From the NCBI GenBank assembly GCA_963762255.1, contig CAVXKA010000001.1, positions 608,001 through 672,000 on the forward strand: DNA of 64,000 nt, written 5' to 3'. This stretch comes from Candidatus Eiseniibacteriota bacterium (GTDB lineage Bacteria; Eisenbacteria; RBG-16-71-46; JABDJR01). A model generated the notes under the pieces. It worked only from the letters and a program-made list of their open reading frames with translations. It was not told where the DNA came from and searched no databases. Positions 49,007-61,960 of the stretch are shown piece after piece; positions within the stretch are counted from its first letter, which is position 1, and the number at the start of each line of letters is the position of its first letter. The translations under genes and the position numbers were made by a program.

Positions 49007-49759
49007 CTACCAGATGACGACGCGGCCGACTTCGAGGTGGCGGACCATGCCGAGCGCGGCGAATCCACGCAACGCGAGCTGCGCCGCTACCAGAAGCACG
49101 AGTACCGCGCCCAGCCGGTTGAGCCGCGCTCTCACCCGCGGACCGATCCGTCCTGAGGCCAGCCCCAACACGAGCAGCACCGGCAGCGTGCCCAGGCCGT
49201 AGATCCCCATGAGGAGCACGCCCACCAACGCGCTGGCCGCCGCCGCCGCGGTGAGCGCCACCGCGATGACCGGCCCGCAGGGCAGGAATCCGTTGGCCAC
49301 ACCGAGGCCGAACTGCTTCGCCCCGGTCTCGCCGGCGAGGAAGCCCTTGATGCGCCGCGTCACCGCGTTCCCCCAACTCGCAGGACCCGACCAATCGCCG
49401 AACGGGAGAACGCCCAGCATCCCCGCGGAGACGACGAGCATGAGCGCGGCGGCCACCAGGGAAAGCGTGCCCTGCACGGTCGTGGTCGAGCCGACCAGCC
49501 GCGTCGCCGAACCCAGAAGCCCCAGCGCGGCGCCGATCAGCGCGTAGCTCAGGATGCGCCCGAGGTGGTAGCGCAGGAGCGGCGCCACGAGCCGTTTCCC
49601 GGTTGCCCCTCGGCGATTCTGCCCCACGCAGAACGCGGCCTGGATCGGCCCGCACATCCCGACGCAGTGGCCGATGCTCATGGTGAGCCCGGTCAGGAAA
49701 ATGAGCGGGAGATCGATGGAGGCCGCACCCGCGGCGACCGGATGGCAGCAGGATTGCAT
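49007..49759 (-). CDS. DsbD_2/TauE-like cytochrome c oxidase biogenesis membrane protein
   Basis: GHCVGMCGP, YHLGRILSY, GFLPCG, GLGTLP. Confidence 0.9.
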   Translation of the reverse strand: MQSCCHPVAAGAASIDLPLIFLTGLTMSIGHCVGMCGPIQAAFCVGQNRRGATGKRLVAPLLRYHLGRILSYALIGAALGLLGSATRLVGSTTTVQGTLSLVAAALMLVVSAGMLGVLPFGDWSGPASWGNAVTRRIKGFLAGETGAKQFGLGVANGFLPCGPVIAVALTAAAAASALVGVLLMGIYGLGTLPVLLVLGLASGRIGPRVRARLNRLGAVLVLLVAAQLALRGFAALGMVRHLEVGRVVIW

Positions 49760-49837
49760 GGCCCGGAATGGTATCCTCTTCCCCCCGCGAGCGCATCCCC
49801 CAGGCTCCGGGATGGGAGCCGTACCGTGGAATCGTCC

Positions 49838-50278
49838 GTGAATCAGCTCATCCCAAACCTTCAGGTGGCCATCGGACCGGTGATCTTCATCTCCGGGGTG
49901 GGACTCTTGCTCCTCACCATGACCAACCGGTTCGCCCGGATCATCGATCGGACGCGGTCGCTGGCAGCGGTGTTGCCCGAGGCGTCCGAGGACAATCGGG
50001 CGCGCACGGCGCACCAGATCGAGATTCTCTATCACCGGGTCCGGATCATGCGGCGCGCGATCACGTTCTCCGCGGCCTCGGTGTTCTTCGTGAGCGTGCT
50101 GATGCTCGTGCTCTTCGTGGGCGCGCTCATGCATCTCGACTGGGCCGTGCTGGTGACGGCGCTCTTCGCGGGGGCGCTTCTCAGCCTCACCGTCGGGCTC
50201 GCGCTCTTCATCTACGACTTCCGCTTGTCGCTGATCGCGTTGGATCTGGAACTCGGTCGGAAGCGCCCGGAGGCCTAG
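49838..50278 (+). CDS. DUF2721 membrane protein
   Basis: AIGPVIFISGVGLLLLTMTNRFARIIDRTR. Confidence 0.8.
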   Translation: MNQLIPNLQVAIGPVIFISGVGLLLLTMTNRFARIIDRTRSLAAVLPEASEDNRARTAHQIEILYHRVRIMRRAITFSAASVFFVSVLMLVLFVGALMHLDWAVLVTALFAGALLSLTVGLALFIYDFRLSLIALDLELGRKRPEA

Positions 50279-50279
50279 T

Positions 50280-50711
50280 TCACAGGTTCTTTTCGATGAG
50301 CGCGCGGAACGCGGGCGGAATCGACACGACGCGCCGCGAGGCGGGTTCGATGAAGACGATCCCGGTCTTGGCCAGCGCCACCGTCTCGCCGTTGCCGGCG
50401 TCGGTCACGCGGTAGAGAAGATCGCAGCCGCGCGTCGCGGCCTCGCCGATCGCCACTTCCACCCGCAGCGTCTGGCCGTAGAAGGCTTCGCGATGGTAGG
50501 TCACCGCGAGGTCCACGAGCAGGATCCCGCGGCCTTCGGTGTTGCGCTCCTCGAAGCCGAATGCGCGGAAGAAACGAACCCGCGCCTCGTGCAGGATCGA
50601 GACCAGCCGGTCGTGGGCGAGGTGGTTGCCGTAGTTGAGATCGGTGACGCGGATGGGAATGTCCGTGGTGTGAAGCGTGGGGGCGGTGTAGTCGAGTTTC
50701 AATCGCGCCAT
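50280..50711 (-). CDS. Acyl-CoA thioesterase (hotdog fold)
   Basis: IRVTDLNYGNHL...HEARV. Confidence 0.9.
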   Translation of the reverse strand: MARLKLDYTAPTLHTTDIPIRVTDLNYGNHLAHDRLVSILHEARVRFFRAFGFEERNTEGRGILLVDLAVTYHREAFYGQTLRVEVAIGEAATRGCDLLYRVTDAGNGETVALAKTGIVFIEPASRRVVSIPPAFRALIEKNL

Positions 50712-50749
50712 GGTGGGATTGTCTCCCGATCGGACGATTTGCGCCAGTT

Positions 50750-51485
50750 CTACGACGGGGCTCCGAAGATGCCCCGGGCATGCTCCAGGTCCGCCGGCGT
50801 GTCGATCTCGAGACAGGCGAGGTCGCCCAGGTCCACCGGAAACACGGCCTCGCCGCCGCGAATCAGCTCCACGAACGCCGCTTCGTAGAACTCGTCGCGC
50901 CCCGCGCCGCTGCGGACGCGGCGCTCGATCGCCGCGAACAGCTTGGCGGTGAACGCGGGCGAGAACACCTCGATCCCCATCGATTCCCCCGCCGCCTCGG
51001 CGGGCGGGATCGTCTTGGCGATATCGATCACGCGGCCGTCGCGGTCAAGACGCACCTTCATCTCCTCGTCGCCGAGATCCCCCTGCGTGCGCAACGCGAG
51101 CCGGTTCGGGTGCGCGTCGTCGAGCACGCGATCCAGGACCTGCGGCGCGAACGCGATGTCGCCGTCCAGAAGCAGCATCGGGTTCGGGCTCGCCGGTGCG
51201 GGCCAGGAGCAGCGAGAACGCGTTGTTGGTGGTCTCCCATTCCTCGTTGCGCACGAACCGGAACCAGGCTTCGGGATAGCGCTCGCGAAGGGCGGCGCGA
51301 ATCATCTCGCCCCGGTAGCCGTCCACCACGGTGAAGCGGGTCAGGCCGCGCGCGGCGAGGAGATCGACCGTGCGCACGAGGAGCGGCGTGCCTCCCAGCT
51401 CCAGAAGACACTTCGGCCGCGCATCGGTGAGCGGGCGAAGCCGCGCGCCGCGGCCGGCAAGGAGCAGGACGACGCGGATGCTCAC
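50750..51485 (-). CDS. Phosphocholine cytidylyltransferase (LicC-like) nucleotidyltransferase (frameshift ~51180)
   Basis: LLAGRGARLRPLTDARPKCLL, TNNAFSL, LLDGD, EEMKV, EIDTPADL. Confidence 0.85.
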
Positions 51486-52387
51486 ACCTCCGCGACCGGC
51501 TGAGCGAGGAGCCGGCGCCGGACCACGAATCGGGCGAGCAACACCCCCATCCCCCACGCGTTGCTCACCGTGACCGCGAACCAGAGCAACCATTCGGGGC
51601 GGTTGAGAGCAGCGGTGACGATGATGACGGTCAACTGCATCGTGGGGCCGGATGGCGACGGCCAGGCGGAGGAGGGGACGGTTGACCTCGGCCCACACCT
51701 CCACCGGGAGCGAGTCCTCGCGGCTCTCGGAGCGGTCCCGCGCGCAGCGTCCTTCCCAGAGGCGGACGTAGATGACGTAGGCGCCGACGAGAAGGCGCTC
51801 GAACCGGTGGTTCCCCTCGCGACGCCACTGCGCCGTCGCATCGACCAGGTCGGCCAGCTCCCCGGCTCGATCCTGCCGACGGCCGTAGATGCGCCGCATC
51901 CACTCGAGGCGCATCCCCTCCACGACCGAGCACCACCAGGTGAAAGAGAGGACCGCGGCCGCGGTGAGGCTCCACCACAACAGCGGCTGGGGATGCCGCA
52001 TCGCCACCGCGTGGCCGATCCCGACCGCCATCGCGAGCGTGCCGATGTAGTCGCCGAGCCCGTCCAGCACGTAGCCGAAGGGAGAACTCATGTTCTTCAC
52101 CCGGGCGAGCATCCCGTCCGCGCAGTCGAAAACGTTGAATGACCAGCACGACAGCCGCGCCCCAGAGGAGCGAAGTCGGCGTGCCGATCCAGAAGAGATA
52201 GCCCGCGACGAGCCCGATCCCGATGCTGGACAGGGTGACCTGGTTCGGGGTGATCGGTGTGCGCCGGACGGCTTGCACGAAGAGGTAGGCCAGCGGCCGG
52301 TACAACACGAGATCCAGGGTCTCTTCGACCTCGGGGGCCTTGAGGGTGGCCAGGTAGTCCGTCCGCAGGCGCCTGCAGCGCTTCCAT
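51482..52387 (-). CDS. CDP-alcohol phosphatidyltransferase family (frameshifts)
   Basis: ITPNQVT; DCADGMLAR...SSPFGYVLDGLGD across frames. Confidence 0.85.
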
Positions 52388-52398
52388 GACGCGGGTCC

Positions 52399-53457
52399 TC
52401 AAACCCTTGTCGCCAGCAACGCGGGGAGCGCGTCGATCATCGCTTCCAGCAGCCCCGCGTTCTCTTCCCGGGTGCCCAGCGTGATCCGGGCGCAATCCAG
52501 GAAGCCGGCTTCTTTGAAGAACTTGATGATGAAACCGCGCCGCCGCAGTTCGGCGTCGAGCAAGCCCACCACCTCTCGCGGGAAGCGCGCCAGAACGAAG
52601 TTGGCGGCGGAGTCATAGACCCGCACACCCTCCATGGCTCTCAGGCGCGCGCACAACTCGGTGCGGTCCGCCTCCATGCCCTGTCGCACGTGCGCGTAGT
52701 ACTCCGGGCTGTCGAGGGCCGCCAGCGCCAGGCTCTCGGAGACGCGGTTGTACCCGAGGTTGCGCGAGCAGAACTTCACGAAATCGTCGTGACCCTTGCC
52801 GGCCACCGCGTAGCCGATGCGAGCACCCGCCAGCGCGTAGAGCTTCGAGAAGGAGCGCAGCACGAGGACGTCCGGAAACTCGTCGGTGATGTCGCCGCAC
52901 GCGTCGAGTCCGTCCTCTTCGAAACCGAAGTACGCCTGGTCCAGGAGAACCGGCACGCCCCGATAGCGGTCGAGAACGGTGCGCAACGCCGCCGGGTCGA
53001 TCGCATTCCCGGTCGGGTTGTTGGGCGAGGCGATCAGGAGCATCCGCACCGCGATGCGGTCGCGCATCGCCAGCAGCGCATCCAGGTCGTAGCGATAGGT
53101 CGTGCGTTCCTCGACCAGCGGGTACTCGAAGGTCTCGCCGCGAACCTCGTCGGCGACGGCCCGGTAGTACCACCACGAGGCGCTCGGCACGAGGACGGCG
53201 TCCCCCGGGCTGACGAAGAAGTGCACGGCCTCCTTCAGGATGTCTTCACAGCCGTAGCCCAGAATGATGCGCTTCTCGTCGACACCGTGGATTCCGGCCA
53301 GCCGGCGGGAGAGGCGGCTGTAGCTGCCGAACTGGAAGTCGCGGGGGTAGTCGTGCAGCAGTTCCGGCGCGAGGTCCCGAAGCACGGCCATGCAAGCGGG
53401 GGCCGGGCCGTAGTGGTTCTCGTTGCGATCGAGCGTGACGGGCGTGCGGTCGCGCAT
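52399..53457 (-). CDS. HisC/CobD-like PLP aminotransferase or decarboxylase
   Basis: LDRNEN, SPNNPTG, DQAY, RSFSKLYALAGARIGY, RITLG. Confidence 0.9.
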   Translation of the reverse strand: MRDRTPVTLDRNENHYGPAPACMAVLRDLAPELLHDYPRDFQFGSYSRLSRRLAGIHGVDEKRIILGYGCEDILKEAVHFFVSPGDAVLVPSASWWYYRAVADEVRGETFEYPLVEERTTYRYDLDALLAMRDRIAVRMLLIASPNNPTGNAIDPAALRTVLDRYRGVPVLLDQAYFGFEEDGLDACGDITDEFPDVLVLRSFSKLYALAGARIGYAVAGKGHDDFVKFCSRNLGYNRVSESLALAALDSPEYYAHVRQGMEADRTELCARLRAMEGVRVYDSAANFVLARFPREVVGLLDAELRRRGFIIKFFKEAGFLDCARITLGTREENAGLLEAMIDALPALLATRV

Positions 53458-53474
53458 GGCGCCTTCCGGGGTGT

Positions 53475-54916
<1,442 letters not shown>

Positions 54917-54920
<4 letters not shown>

Positions 54921-56407
54921 GCGAGCCCCGTCCTGGCGTTGAACTCCTGGATCATGGCATCCCAGGCGGGAACGAGATCGCGAAGCTTGCGCCAGAAGGC
55001 CTGATCGCGGCGCACGGTGAAGTCGGGGATCTCGACCCCCTGCTGCTCCACCCAGGTGTAGTAACCGAGGTTGAACACCCGCTCCCGGTCGCGCAGCGAC
55101 AACTCCATCATGTGGTCGGTGGCGGTGGCGAGCATGTGGCGCCCGTAGGTCTCGGCGGCGTCCACCGCATCCAACCCCTTGGGGAAGAGAGCGGTCTGCG
55201 CCTTGTCCAGCTCGGTCGAGTACATGGCCGCGCTATCGGTGGCCACGGTCACGATCGCGTCGTCCGGGCCCAACCCCATGTACTTGGCCACCTTGATCGC
55301 GGCCAGCACGTTGCAGATGCTCGAGAAGCCCATGAAGCCGAGTTCGGCTGCCAGCGCCGAGGGCACGCCGCGGCGCTTCATCAGGTACTCGCGCCCGGGC
55401 TCGGTGTTGAACACAACGTTGAGCCCGTCGGTGGCGTGATCCGAGATGGCCACCGCGTAGTCCGTGTTCATCACGTTGTGGATGAACGGGACGTGCTTGT
55501 CGCCGATCCCCTGGATGTTGTGCTCACCGAAGCCGTTGTAGAGGAGCGTCGGGCACTCGAGCGCCTCCACCGCCGCGATGAGCGCGCCGTGGCGCTCCTT
55601 CAAGTAGTCGCCGGCTGCGATGGTCCCCGCCGAGCCGGTCGCGCTGATGAAGGCGCGCATGCGCAGCGCGGGCGACTTCTTGCGGACGGTCTCGAACACG
55701 TGCTCCAGCGCGCGCCCCGTACAAAGATAGTGGGCCAGATAGTTCCCGAATTCGCTGAACTGGTTGAAGATGACATTGTGCGGGTCGCGTGAGAGCTCCG
55801 CGCACTTGTCGTAGATCTCCTTCACGTTGCTCTCGGTGCCGGGGGTACGGATGATGTCGTCGGGGTGCGCCACCCAGTTCTCGAGCCACGCGAACCGCTC
55901 GCGGCTCATCCCCTCGGGGAGCACCGCAACGCCTCGGCAGGCCATGATCCGCGAGATCGCCACGCCGCCGCGGCAGTAGTTGCCGGTCGAGGGCCAGATC
56001 GCCTTGTGCGCGGTGGGGTCGAACTGCCCCGTGATGACGCGCGGGGCGAGGCAGCCGTAGGCGGCCAGCACTTTGTGCGCGTGGATCATCGGGAATCTGT
56101 CGCCGCGCGCGACGAGGATCCGCGCCTTGACCCCGGTGACCGACTCCGGCAGCTCCACGAAATCGGGAACGTCCTGGCGGGCGCGCCGGTCGGCGGTGTT
56201 GTTCCAGTGCACGCGGAAGAGGTTCAGGGCATCGGGCGCGTCGGGCTCCACGGCCCGCAACCGCTCCACGATCCCGGCGGGAATCGTCGAGGGCTCGGCG
56301 AGTCGAGCGAAGGTGGGGAGCAGGATCCCCCGCTCCTTGAAGCGCTTGACGCTATTGTTGTAGACCGACTGATCGACGACGTGGGTTTCGAGTCCTAATC
56401 CGCGCAC
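54917..56407 (-). CDS. Fold-type II PLP enzyme (beta-family)
   Basis: [34 protein letters not shown]. Confidence 0.85.
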
Positions 56408-56477
56408 CGTGTGTGTCCTTTCCGCAGTGATGAGGGCGGCTCGAAGAGCTCACCCGATTGATCCGAAGCGCACGAGT

Positions 56478-57023
56478 CTACCCCTCCCGGGGAGCCGCCT
56501 CCATGGGGAGCAGCAGATCCTCCAGGAAGAACGCCGCCAGCTCGGCTCGGCCCGCCAGGCCGGATTTCCGGTAGACCACGACCGAGTGCTGCCGCACCGT
56601 GCGCTCGCTCTTGTCCGTAAGATTCGCGATTTCCTTGTGGCTGTAGCCCTTGAGCAGGAAGAGCGCGGTCTCCCGCTCGGCCGCGGTCAGGTTCCACTCC
56701 CGGAGCTGCACGTCGATCACCTCTCCAAGGCCGGCGAGCAGCTTCTTCGACTGGTCCCGGAACTTGTCCCGCTCATCCTCACGCGCCGCCATGGCCGCCC
56801 GAACCCGATCGAGCTTGCCGCGCGCGCGCAACCATCCGGATCCAAGAAAGAACGCGGAAACCAGACATAAAAGAAGGAATGCGACTTCTAGGATGATATG
56901 CGTCGGGTTGCGTAGGCCGAGATCCAGGGACAGGTCCACGAGGCCCAACGTGAAGATCAGGATGAGCAACACGGCCACGACGGGCAGAAGATTGGGGTCA
57001 GGGTCGTCTTTCCAAGCCCACAT
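56478..57023 (-). CDS. Membrane-anchored LuxR-type regulator
   Basis: Two TM helices, then LTAAERETALFLLKGYSHKEIA...SERTVRQH...YRK. Confidence 0.9.
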   Translation of the reverse strand: MWAWKDDPDPNLLPVVAVLLILIFTLGLVDLSLDLGLRNPTHIILEVAFLLLCLVSAFFLGSGWLRARGKLDRVRAAMAAREDERDKFRDQSKKLLAGLGEVIDVQLREWNLTAAERETALFLLKGYSHKEIANLTDKSERTVRQHSVVVYRKSGLAGRAELAAFFLEDLLLPMEAAPREG

Positions 57024-57254
57024 CGTCCTACGTCATCCGCCGGATACCGAGTTTATTGCTCTTACAGCAACGAGTTAGAACATCTGCCGGATCGTATCCC
57101 CGCAGGTTCCTCTCTAGTCTTTATTGCGAGGCCGAGGATAGCACGGCAGGAGCCCCGTAAGCCGTCGCTATGCCTCTCGAAGTGCATCGCTGTCCCCGGC
57201 CTCGCCAACTTCTCGGAACGCTTCACGACATCCATCCCATCAAGGAGAGCCTTC

Positions 57255-57998
57255 ATGAAGACCTTTATCGCTGCCCTGATCCTCTTCGCCCTCGCCGCGC
57301 CGGCGACGGCCATGGCGTATCCCCTTCCGCCCCAGAACGGTTTCTACAACTCGCTCACTCAGGGGGGCACGGTCCTCGACGGCCGTTTCAGCGAATCCTG
57401 GATGGGGCCGGGGCAGGAGAGTGCCACAGGCAACACGCTCAACGTCCAGTCCTGGGATGGATCCTCGCTGGGGAGCGAGTGGCGGCTTTCGTGCGCATCG
57501 ATCGTCGGATCCCCGACGCTGGTGAGCGACACGCGCGTCGGGGGAACGGGTGAGGTCACGTACCGGACCAACTACGCGGGTGGCCAGCTCTGGCTCGCCA
57601 AGCAGGGTCCGTGGAGCATCGATCACCTCACGGATTTCACGGGGACGCTCTCTTCGCTGATCGTCACCTCGACCCACCAATACGTCGCGAACGTTCGCAT
57701 CGGCATCCGCAGCAACGTCACCGTGACCGGCATGCTGGACGCGCTCTACCCGAGCTGGTCGCCCACCTGCCTCGACTACATGATCGCCAACACTTCGGTC
57801 TTCGGCAGCACGGCGACCGGCTCGCTGCCTGCAGGCTATCCCTCGTTCCTGGATCCCGACTCGTGCCCCGCCGGCACCGGAACGCTCAGCGACGGAGCGT
57901 GGGGGTCGGTCACTCAACTCACGATGGTACTCACCGGTTGCGCGGTCCCCACCGAGACCGTGTCGTGGGGTTCGATCAAGTCGCGCTACGCGGAGTAG
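57255..57998 (+). CDS. Secreted protein with C-terminal VSWGSIKSRY tail
   Basis: AAGGAG RBS, signal peptide MKTFIAALILFALAAPATAMA. Confidence 0.8.
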   Translation: MKTFIAALILFALAAPATAMAYPLPPQNGFYNSLTQGGTVLDGRFSESWMGPGQESATGNTLNVQSWDGSSLGSEWRLSCASIVGSPTLVSDTRVGGTGEVTYRTNYAGGQLWLAKQGPWSIDHLTDFTGTLSSLIVTSTHQYVANVRIGIRSNVTVTGMLDALYPSWSPTCLDYMIANTSVFGSTATGSLPAGYPSFLDPDSCPAGTGTLSDGAWGSVTQLTMVLTGCAVPTETVSWGSIKSRYAE

Positions 57999-58088
57999 GC
58001 GCGAGTACGACGCGGGCGCTCCGGGGCGTCCGCGTGAGGCAGGGCCGGAGGGCGCCGTGGCCGACACCGCGGCGCCCTCATGGGCTTA

Positions 58089-59321
58089 CTACCCGGACAG
58101 TCTCCGCATCCGCTCCCAGAGCTTGACCGCTTCTTCGGCGGCCTCGGCGCGGATCGCGTCCAAGTCCGCCGACAGAAGGCGACCGTCGCGCACAACCAGT
58201 CGTCCGCCGGCGACGACGTGCCGCATGCCGCCGTGTTCCTCGAACACCGCGGCATCCGCGGGGTTCCCGGCGGCAAGCGGCGCGAAGGTCGCCGCGAAGA
58301 GTTCCCCGACCAGTGCGTGCGCGCCTTGCAGTCGGCGCTCGACCACGTCCTCACGCTCCGCGTGCTCCCGAGCCTCCTCGCGCAGCGCGGCCGCCTCCGC
58401 AGCCATGTCCGCCGGATAGCCGTCGGTGCCCAGCGCCACGCGGCGGCTCTCATCCAGAGCTTTCGGGTATCCGACGCGATTGCCGCGGTTGGAGCGTGGG
58501 TTCTGCACGAGCCACAGACCATGGTCCGCCGCCGTTCGCACCTGCTCGCGGGTGAGGTGCACGCCGTGGGCGAGGATCGATCCCGGCGGCGCCGCGTTCA
58601 GCTTCAACAACCGTTCGAGCGGGCCCTCGTATTCGCGCCGGCGCGCGTCCCACACATCGGCCATGTCCTCGGCCACGTGCACGTGCAGCGGCGCGCCCAG
58701 TTCGCGACAGAGGTCGCCGGCCTCGCGCACGGTCTCGTCGCTCACGGTGAACGAGGCGTGCAACGCCACCGCGCCGCGCACGAGCCCGCGCCGGTTCGAC
58801 GTCGCAAAGCGCCGGCATTCCGCGAGCCCACGCCGAGCTTCGTCGCGCCCGCCGTTGCGCTCGGTGGCGCCGTAGCAAAGGAGCGCGCGCGCACCCATTT
58901 CCTCGCACGCGTCGGCGAGCACGTCCAGCGAGCCCTCGATGAAGTTGGGGGACTCGTGGTGATCCACGAGACACGTGGTGCCCGCGAGCAACGACTCCGC
59001 CACGTAGAGCCGCGCCGCCGCGCGCAACGAGCGCTCCTCGAGTGCTCGGTCCAGCCGCCACCACACGCGCTCCAGGATCTGCACGAAGTTCTCGGGGGGC
59101 GGTTCCGGCGCGGGCATCCCCAGCGGCGCCAACCCGCTGTAGAGGTGCGTGTGCGCGTTCACCCGCCCCGGCCCGATCCACGCGTCACGGCAGTCGAGGT
59201 AGAACGCGTCGCGCTCGCAGATCGACGGCGCGGCCCCGAACGCGGCGATGCGATCGCCCTCGCAGACGAAGACGTTCCCGTCCTGGTCGGGACCCAGCTT
59301 CACCGCCTCGGCGGCGCTCAC
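58089..59321 (-). CDS. SsnA-like amidohydrolase
   Basis: GTGA overlap with upstream xdh; [37 protein letters not shown]. Confidence 0.85.
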   Translation of the reverse strand: MSAAEAVKLGPDQDGNVFVCEGDRIAAFGAAPSICERDAFYLDCRDAWIGPGRVNAHTHLYSGLAPLGMPAPEPPPENFVQILERVWWRLDRALEERSLRAAARLYVAESLLAGTTCLVDHHESPNFIEGSLDVLADACEEMGARALLCYGATERNGGRDEARRGLAECRRFATSNRRGLVRGAVALHASFTVSDETVREAGDLCRELGAPLHVHVAEDMADVWDARRREYEGPLERLLKLNAAPPGSILAHGVHLTREQVRTAADHGLWLVQNPRSNRGNRVGYPKALDESRRVALGTDGYPADMAAEAAALREEAREHAEREDVVERRLQGAHALVGELFAATFAPLAAGNPADAAVFEEHGGMRHVVAGGRLVVRDGRLLSADLDAIRAEAAEEAVKLWERMRRLSG

Positions 59322-61960
59322 GACTCGGCGCCTTCCTTCGCCGCCGCACGCACGCGCCCCACCGACATCTTGCGCGCGGCGGGCGAGTCCTTCATCGGCA
59401 GCACGGTACGGCGGATGCCATCGAACGCTTCCAGCGCGCCGGCCACCGCCGCCGCGGTCGGCACGAGCCCGATCTCGCCGACGCCCTTCGCGCCGAACGG
59501 CCCTTCCGGTTCGTGATCCTCGACGAGGATCACCTCCACCTCCGGCATGTCGCGCGCGCGCAGCACACCGAGGTCGCGCAGCTTGAAGGTGGCGGGCATG
59601 CCGTCGGGGCAAGGGAGATCCTCGGTGAGCGCGTAGCCCAAGCCCATGTGAATGGCGCCTTCGATCTGGCCTTCGCACAGGGCCGGGTTCACCGCGCGAC
59701 CCACGTCGTGGGCGGCCACGAATTTCTCGACACGTCCCTCCGCGTCCAGAATGCAGACCTGCGTCGCGTAACCGAACGCGGTGTGAGTCTTGATCCTTCC
59801 GTCCTTTGTCTTTCCAGGCGCGGTGGTGTCGTCGATCACGATGTCGGCGGCGTACACGCTGCCGACCAGGTCGGCAAGTGTCTTGCCGAGATCCAGATCC
59901 GCCCGCAGTTTCTCCGCCGCGCTCTTCACAGCGCGCCCGCCGAAGAGCGTCGCGCGCGATCCGGTGGTCTGACCGCAGCCGAGCGCGAAGGTCGAGTCCA
60001 CCTTCGGCCGGAAGATCGACGCCGGAAGCCCGGTCACCTCGACCGCGAACTGAGTGAGCACGGTCAGAAGCCCCTGCCCCATCTCCGTGTAGCCGTTGTA
60101 GAGCGAGATCGTGCCGTCGGTTTCCACCACCAGCCGCGCCTTGCCCCATTCCTGCGCGCCGTTGCCGATCCCGCTGTTCTTGATGCCGCACGCGATGCCG
60201 ACCGCGCGCCCGGAGCGGAGCGCCTCGTAGTAGCGCCCCTTCACCGCCTCGAGCGTCTTCACGATGCCCACTGATTTCTCCAGCACCTGTCCGCTTGTGA
60301 ATGCATCGCCCACGCGAAGTGCGTTGCGATGGCGGATCTCCCACGCATCGAGGCCCGTCTTCTTCGCGAGCATGTCCATGCACGCTTCCATGGCGAAGTG
60401 GGCCTGGTTCGCCCCGAAGCCGCGCATCGCGCCGCAGGGCGGGTTGTTCGTGTAGGCGGCCTTCGATTCGACGTCCACTGCGGGAACGTGATAGGGCCCG
60501 CAGGCGTGGCCCGCCGCGCGCTCAAGGACATGCCCACCCACCGAGGCATACGCGCCTGAATCGCCCAGCATGCGCGCCTTCACAAAGGTGAGCTTCCCCG
60601 AGGCGTCGCAGCCCACCGTGTAGTCCATGGCGATGGGGTGCCGCTTGGGATGAAGCCGGATCGACTCCTCGCGGTTCAGCGTGATCTTGACCGGCCGCTT
60701 GGTCATCCAGGTCAGAAGCGCGGTCTGGGCCTGGACCGACATGTCCTCCTTGCCGCCGAACGCCCCGCCGTTGGGGACCAGTTCGACGTGGACTTGCTCC
60801 TCCGGGATGCCGAGGAACGACGCCACCTGCCGGCGATCGTCGAAGATGCCCTGCCCCTGGCTGAAGAGCGCGAGGCGCCCGTCGGGAAGAAGTTCGGCGA
60901 CCGCGCTCTCGGGCTCCAGGAACAAATGCTCGATCCGTTGGGTGTGCCAGGTGCCGCTCACCACGTGAGCGCTCGCGGCCTCGGCCCCGGCGGGATCCCC
61001 GCGGAGGATCGCCGTGCGCGCGAGCAGGTTGTCGTGCTTGGGATTCACCCGAGGCGCGCCGGGCGCAAGGGATGCGTGCGGATCGAGCACGGCAGGGAGC
61101 GGTTCGTACTCCACGTCCACCAGCTTCGCCGCCTCGCGCGCGGTGTACTCGTCCTGCGCAGCCACCGCCGCCAGCACGTCCCCCACGTAGCGGACCTCTT
61201 CCCCTTCGGCGACGAACCCGGGCCAGTCGGCATAGACGAGCCCATACCAGCGGTCCCCGGGCACGTCCTTGGCGGTGGCGACCGCGACCACACCTGGATG
61301 CGCGAGGGCGCGGCTCACGTCCACGCGCACGACACGAGCCCGCGCGTGCGGGGAGAGCACGAGCGCGCCGTGCAGCATGCCGGGGCGCCGGATGTCGTCC
61401 ACGTAGGGGCGATCGCCCAGAACTAACTGCATCCCCTTGTAGCGCGCGAGCCGCTGCCCCACGCGACCGTCCTCGATCAGCTCCGGCGCCGTCTCGCCGC
61501 GGCGCGCGCGGGCGAGAAGCTCGATCGCGTCGAGGATCTTTACGTAGCCGGTGCAACGGCAGAGGTGCACGTCGATGGCGCGGGCGATCTCCTCCCGCGA
61601 GGGATTCGGGTTGCGGTCCAGAAGCCACTTGCTGCGCAGCGCGAACCCCGGAATGCAGAAGCCGCACTGGAGCCCCGCAGCGGCGACGAAGCAGCGCGCC
61701 ACCAAGTCCCGCTCGTCGTGCGTGAGCCCCTCGAGCGTGAGCACGTCCTTCCCGTCCACCTTCTCCGCCGGCATGGCGCAGGTGACCTTGGCCTGGCCGT
61801 CGATGAGCGCGAGGCAGCAGCCGCATTGCCCCTGCGGCTGGCATCCGTCCTTGGTCGAGGTGATCCCGCAGCGTTCACGCAGCGTTTCCAGGAACGGCTC
61901 GCCGGGACGCACGGCGACCGTCGTCCTCTCGCCGTTCAGCGTGAACGTGATCTCTTTCAC
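59318..61960 (-). CDS. Xanthine dehydrogenase family, fused 2Fe-2S + Mo-binding subunit (resembles Se-dependent XDH)
   Basis: [46 protein letters not shown]. Confidence 0.9.
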   Translation of the reverse strand: MKEITFTLNGERTTVAVRPGEPFLETLRERCGITSTKDGCQPQGQCGCCLALIDGQAKVTCAMPAEKVDGKDVLTLEGLTHDERDLVARCFVAAAGLQCGFCIPGFALRSKWLLDRNPNPSREEIARAIDVHLCRCTGYVKILDAIELLARARRGETAPELIEDGRVGQRLARYKGMQLVLGDRPYVDDIRRPGMLHGALVLSPHARARVVRVDVSRALAHPGVVAVATAKDVPGDRWYGLVYADWPGFVAEGEEVRYVGDVLAAVAAQDEYTAREAAKLVDVEYEPLPAVLDPHASLAPGAPRVNPKHDNLLARTAILRGDPAGAEAASAHVVSGTWHTQRIEHLFLEPESAVAELLPDGRLALFSQGQGIFDDRRQVASFLGIPEEQVHVELVPNGGAFGGKEDMSVQAQTALLTWMTKRPVKITLNREESIRLHPKRHPIAMDYTVGCDASGKLTFVKARMLGDSGAYASVGGHVLERAAGHACGPYHVPAVDVESKAAYTNNPPCGAMRGFGANQAHFAMEACMDMLAKKTGLDAWEIRHRNALRVGDAFTSGQVLEKSVGIVKTLEAVKGRYYEALRSGRAVGIACGIKNSGIGNGAQEWGKARLVVETDGTISLYNGYTEMGQGLLTVLTQFAVEVTGLPASIFRPKVDSTFALGCGQTTGSRATLFGGRAVKSAAEKLRADLDLGKTLADLVGSVYAADIVIDDTTAPGKTKDGRIKTHTAFGYATQVCILDAEGRVEKFVAAHDVGRAVNPALCEGQIEGAIHMGLGYALTEDLPCPDGMPATFKLRDLGVLRARDMPEVEVILVEDHEPEGPFGAKGVGEIGLVPTAAAVAGALEAFDGIRRTVLPMKDSPAARKMSVGRVRAAAKEGAES

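Noticed and set aside
41885-49759. Fused ccoNO and no visible ccoH
   Set aside because: ccoNO fusions and variable accessory genes are common outside Proteobacteria.
46638-49796. 1052-aa ATPase and the 777-aa overlapping ORF 46480..48813
   Set aside because: GC-rich read-through; real genes are ccoI from 49001 and ccoS 46480-46650.
58089-60383. 764-aa amidohydrolase with long N-terminal extension
   Set aside because: The extension overlaps xdh in another frame; the real start is the GTG at 59321.
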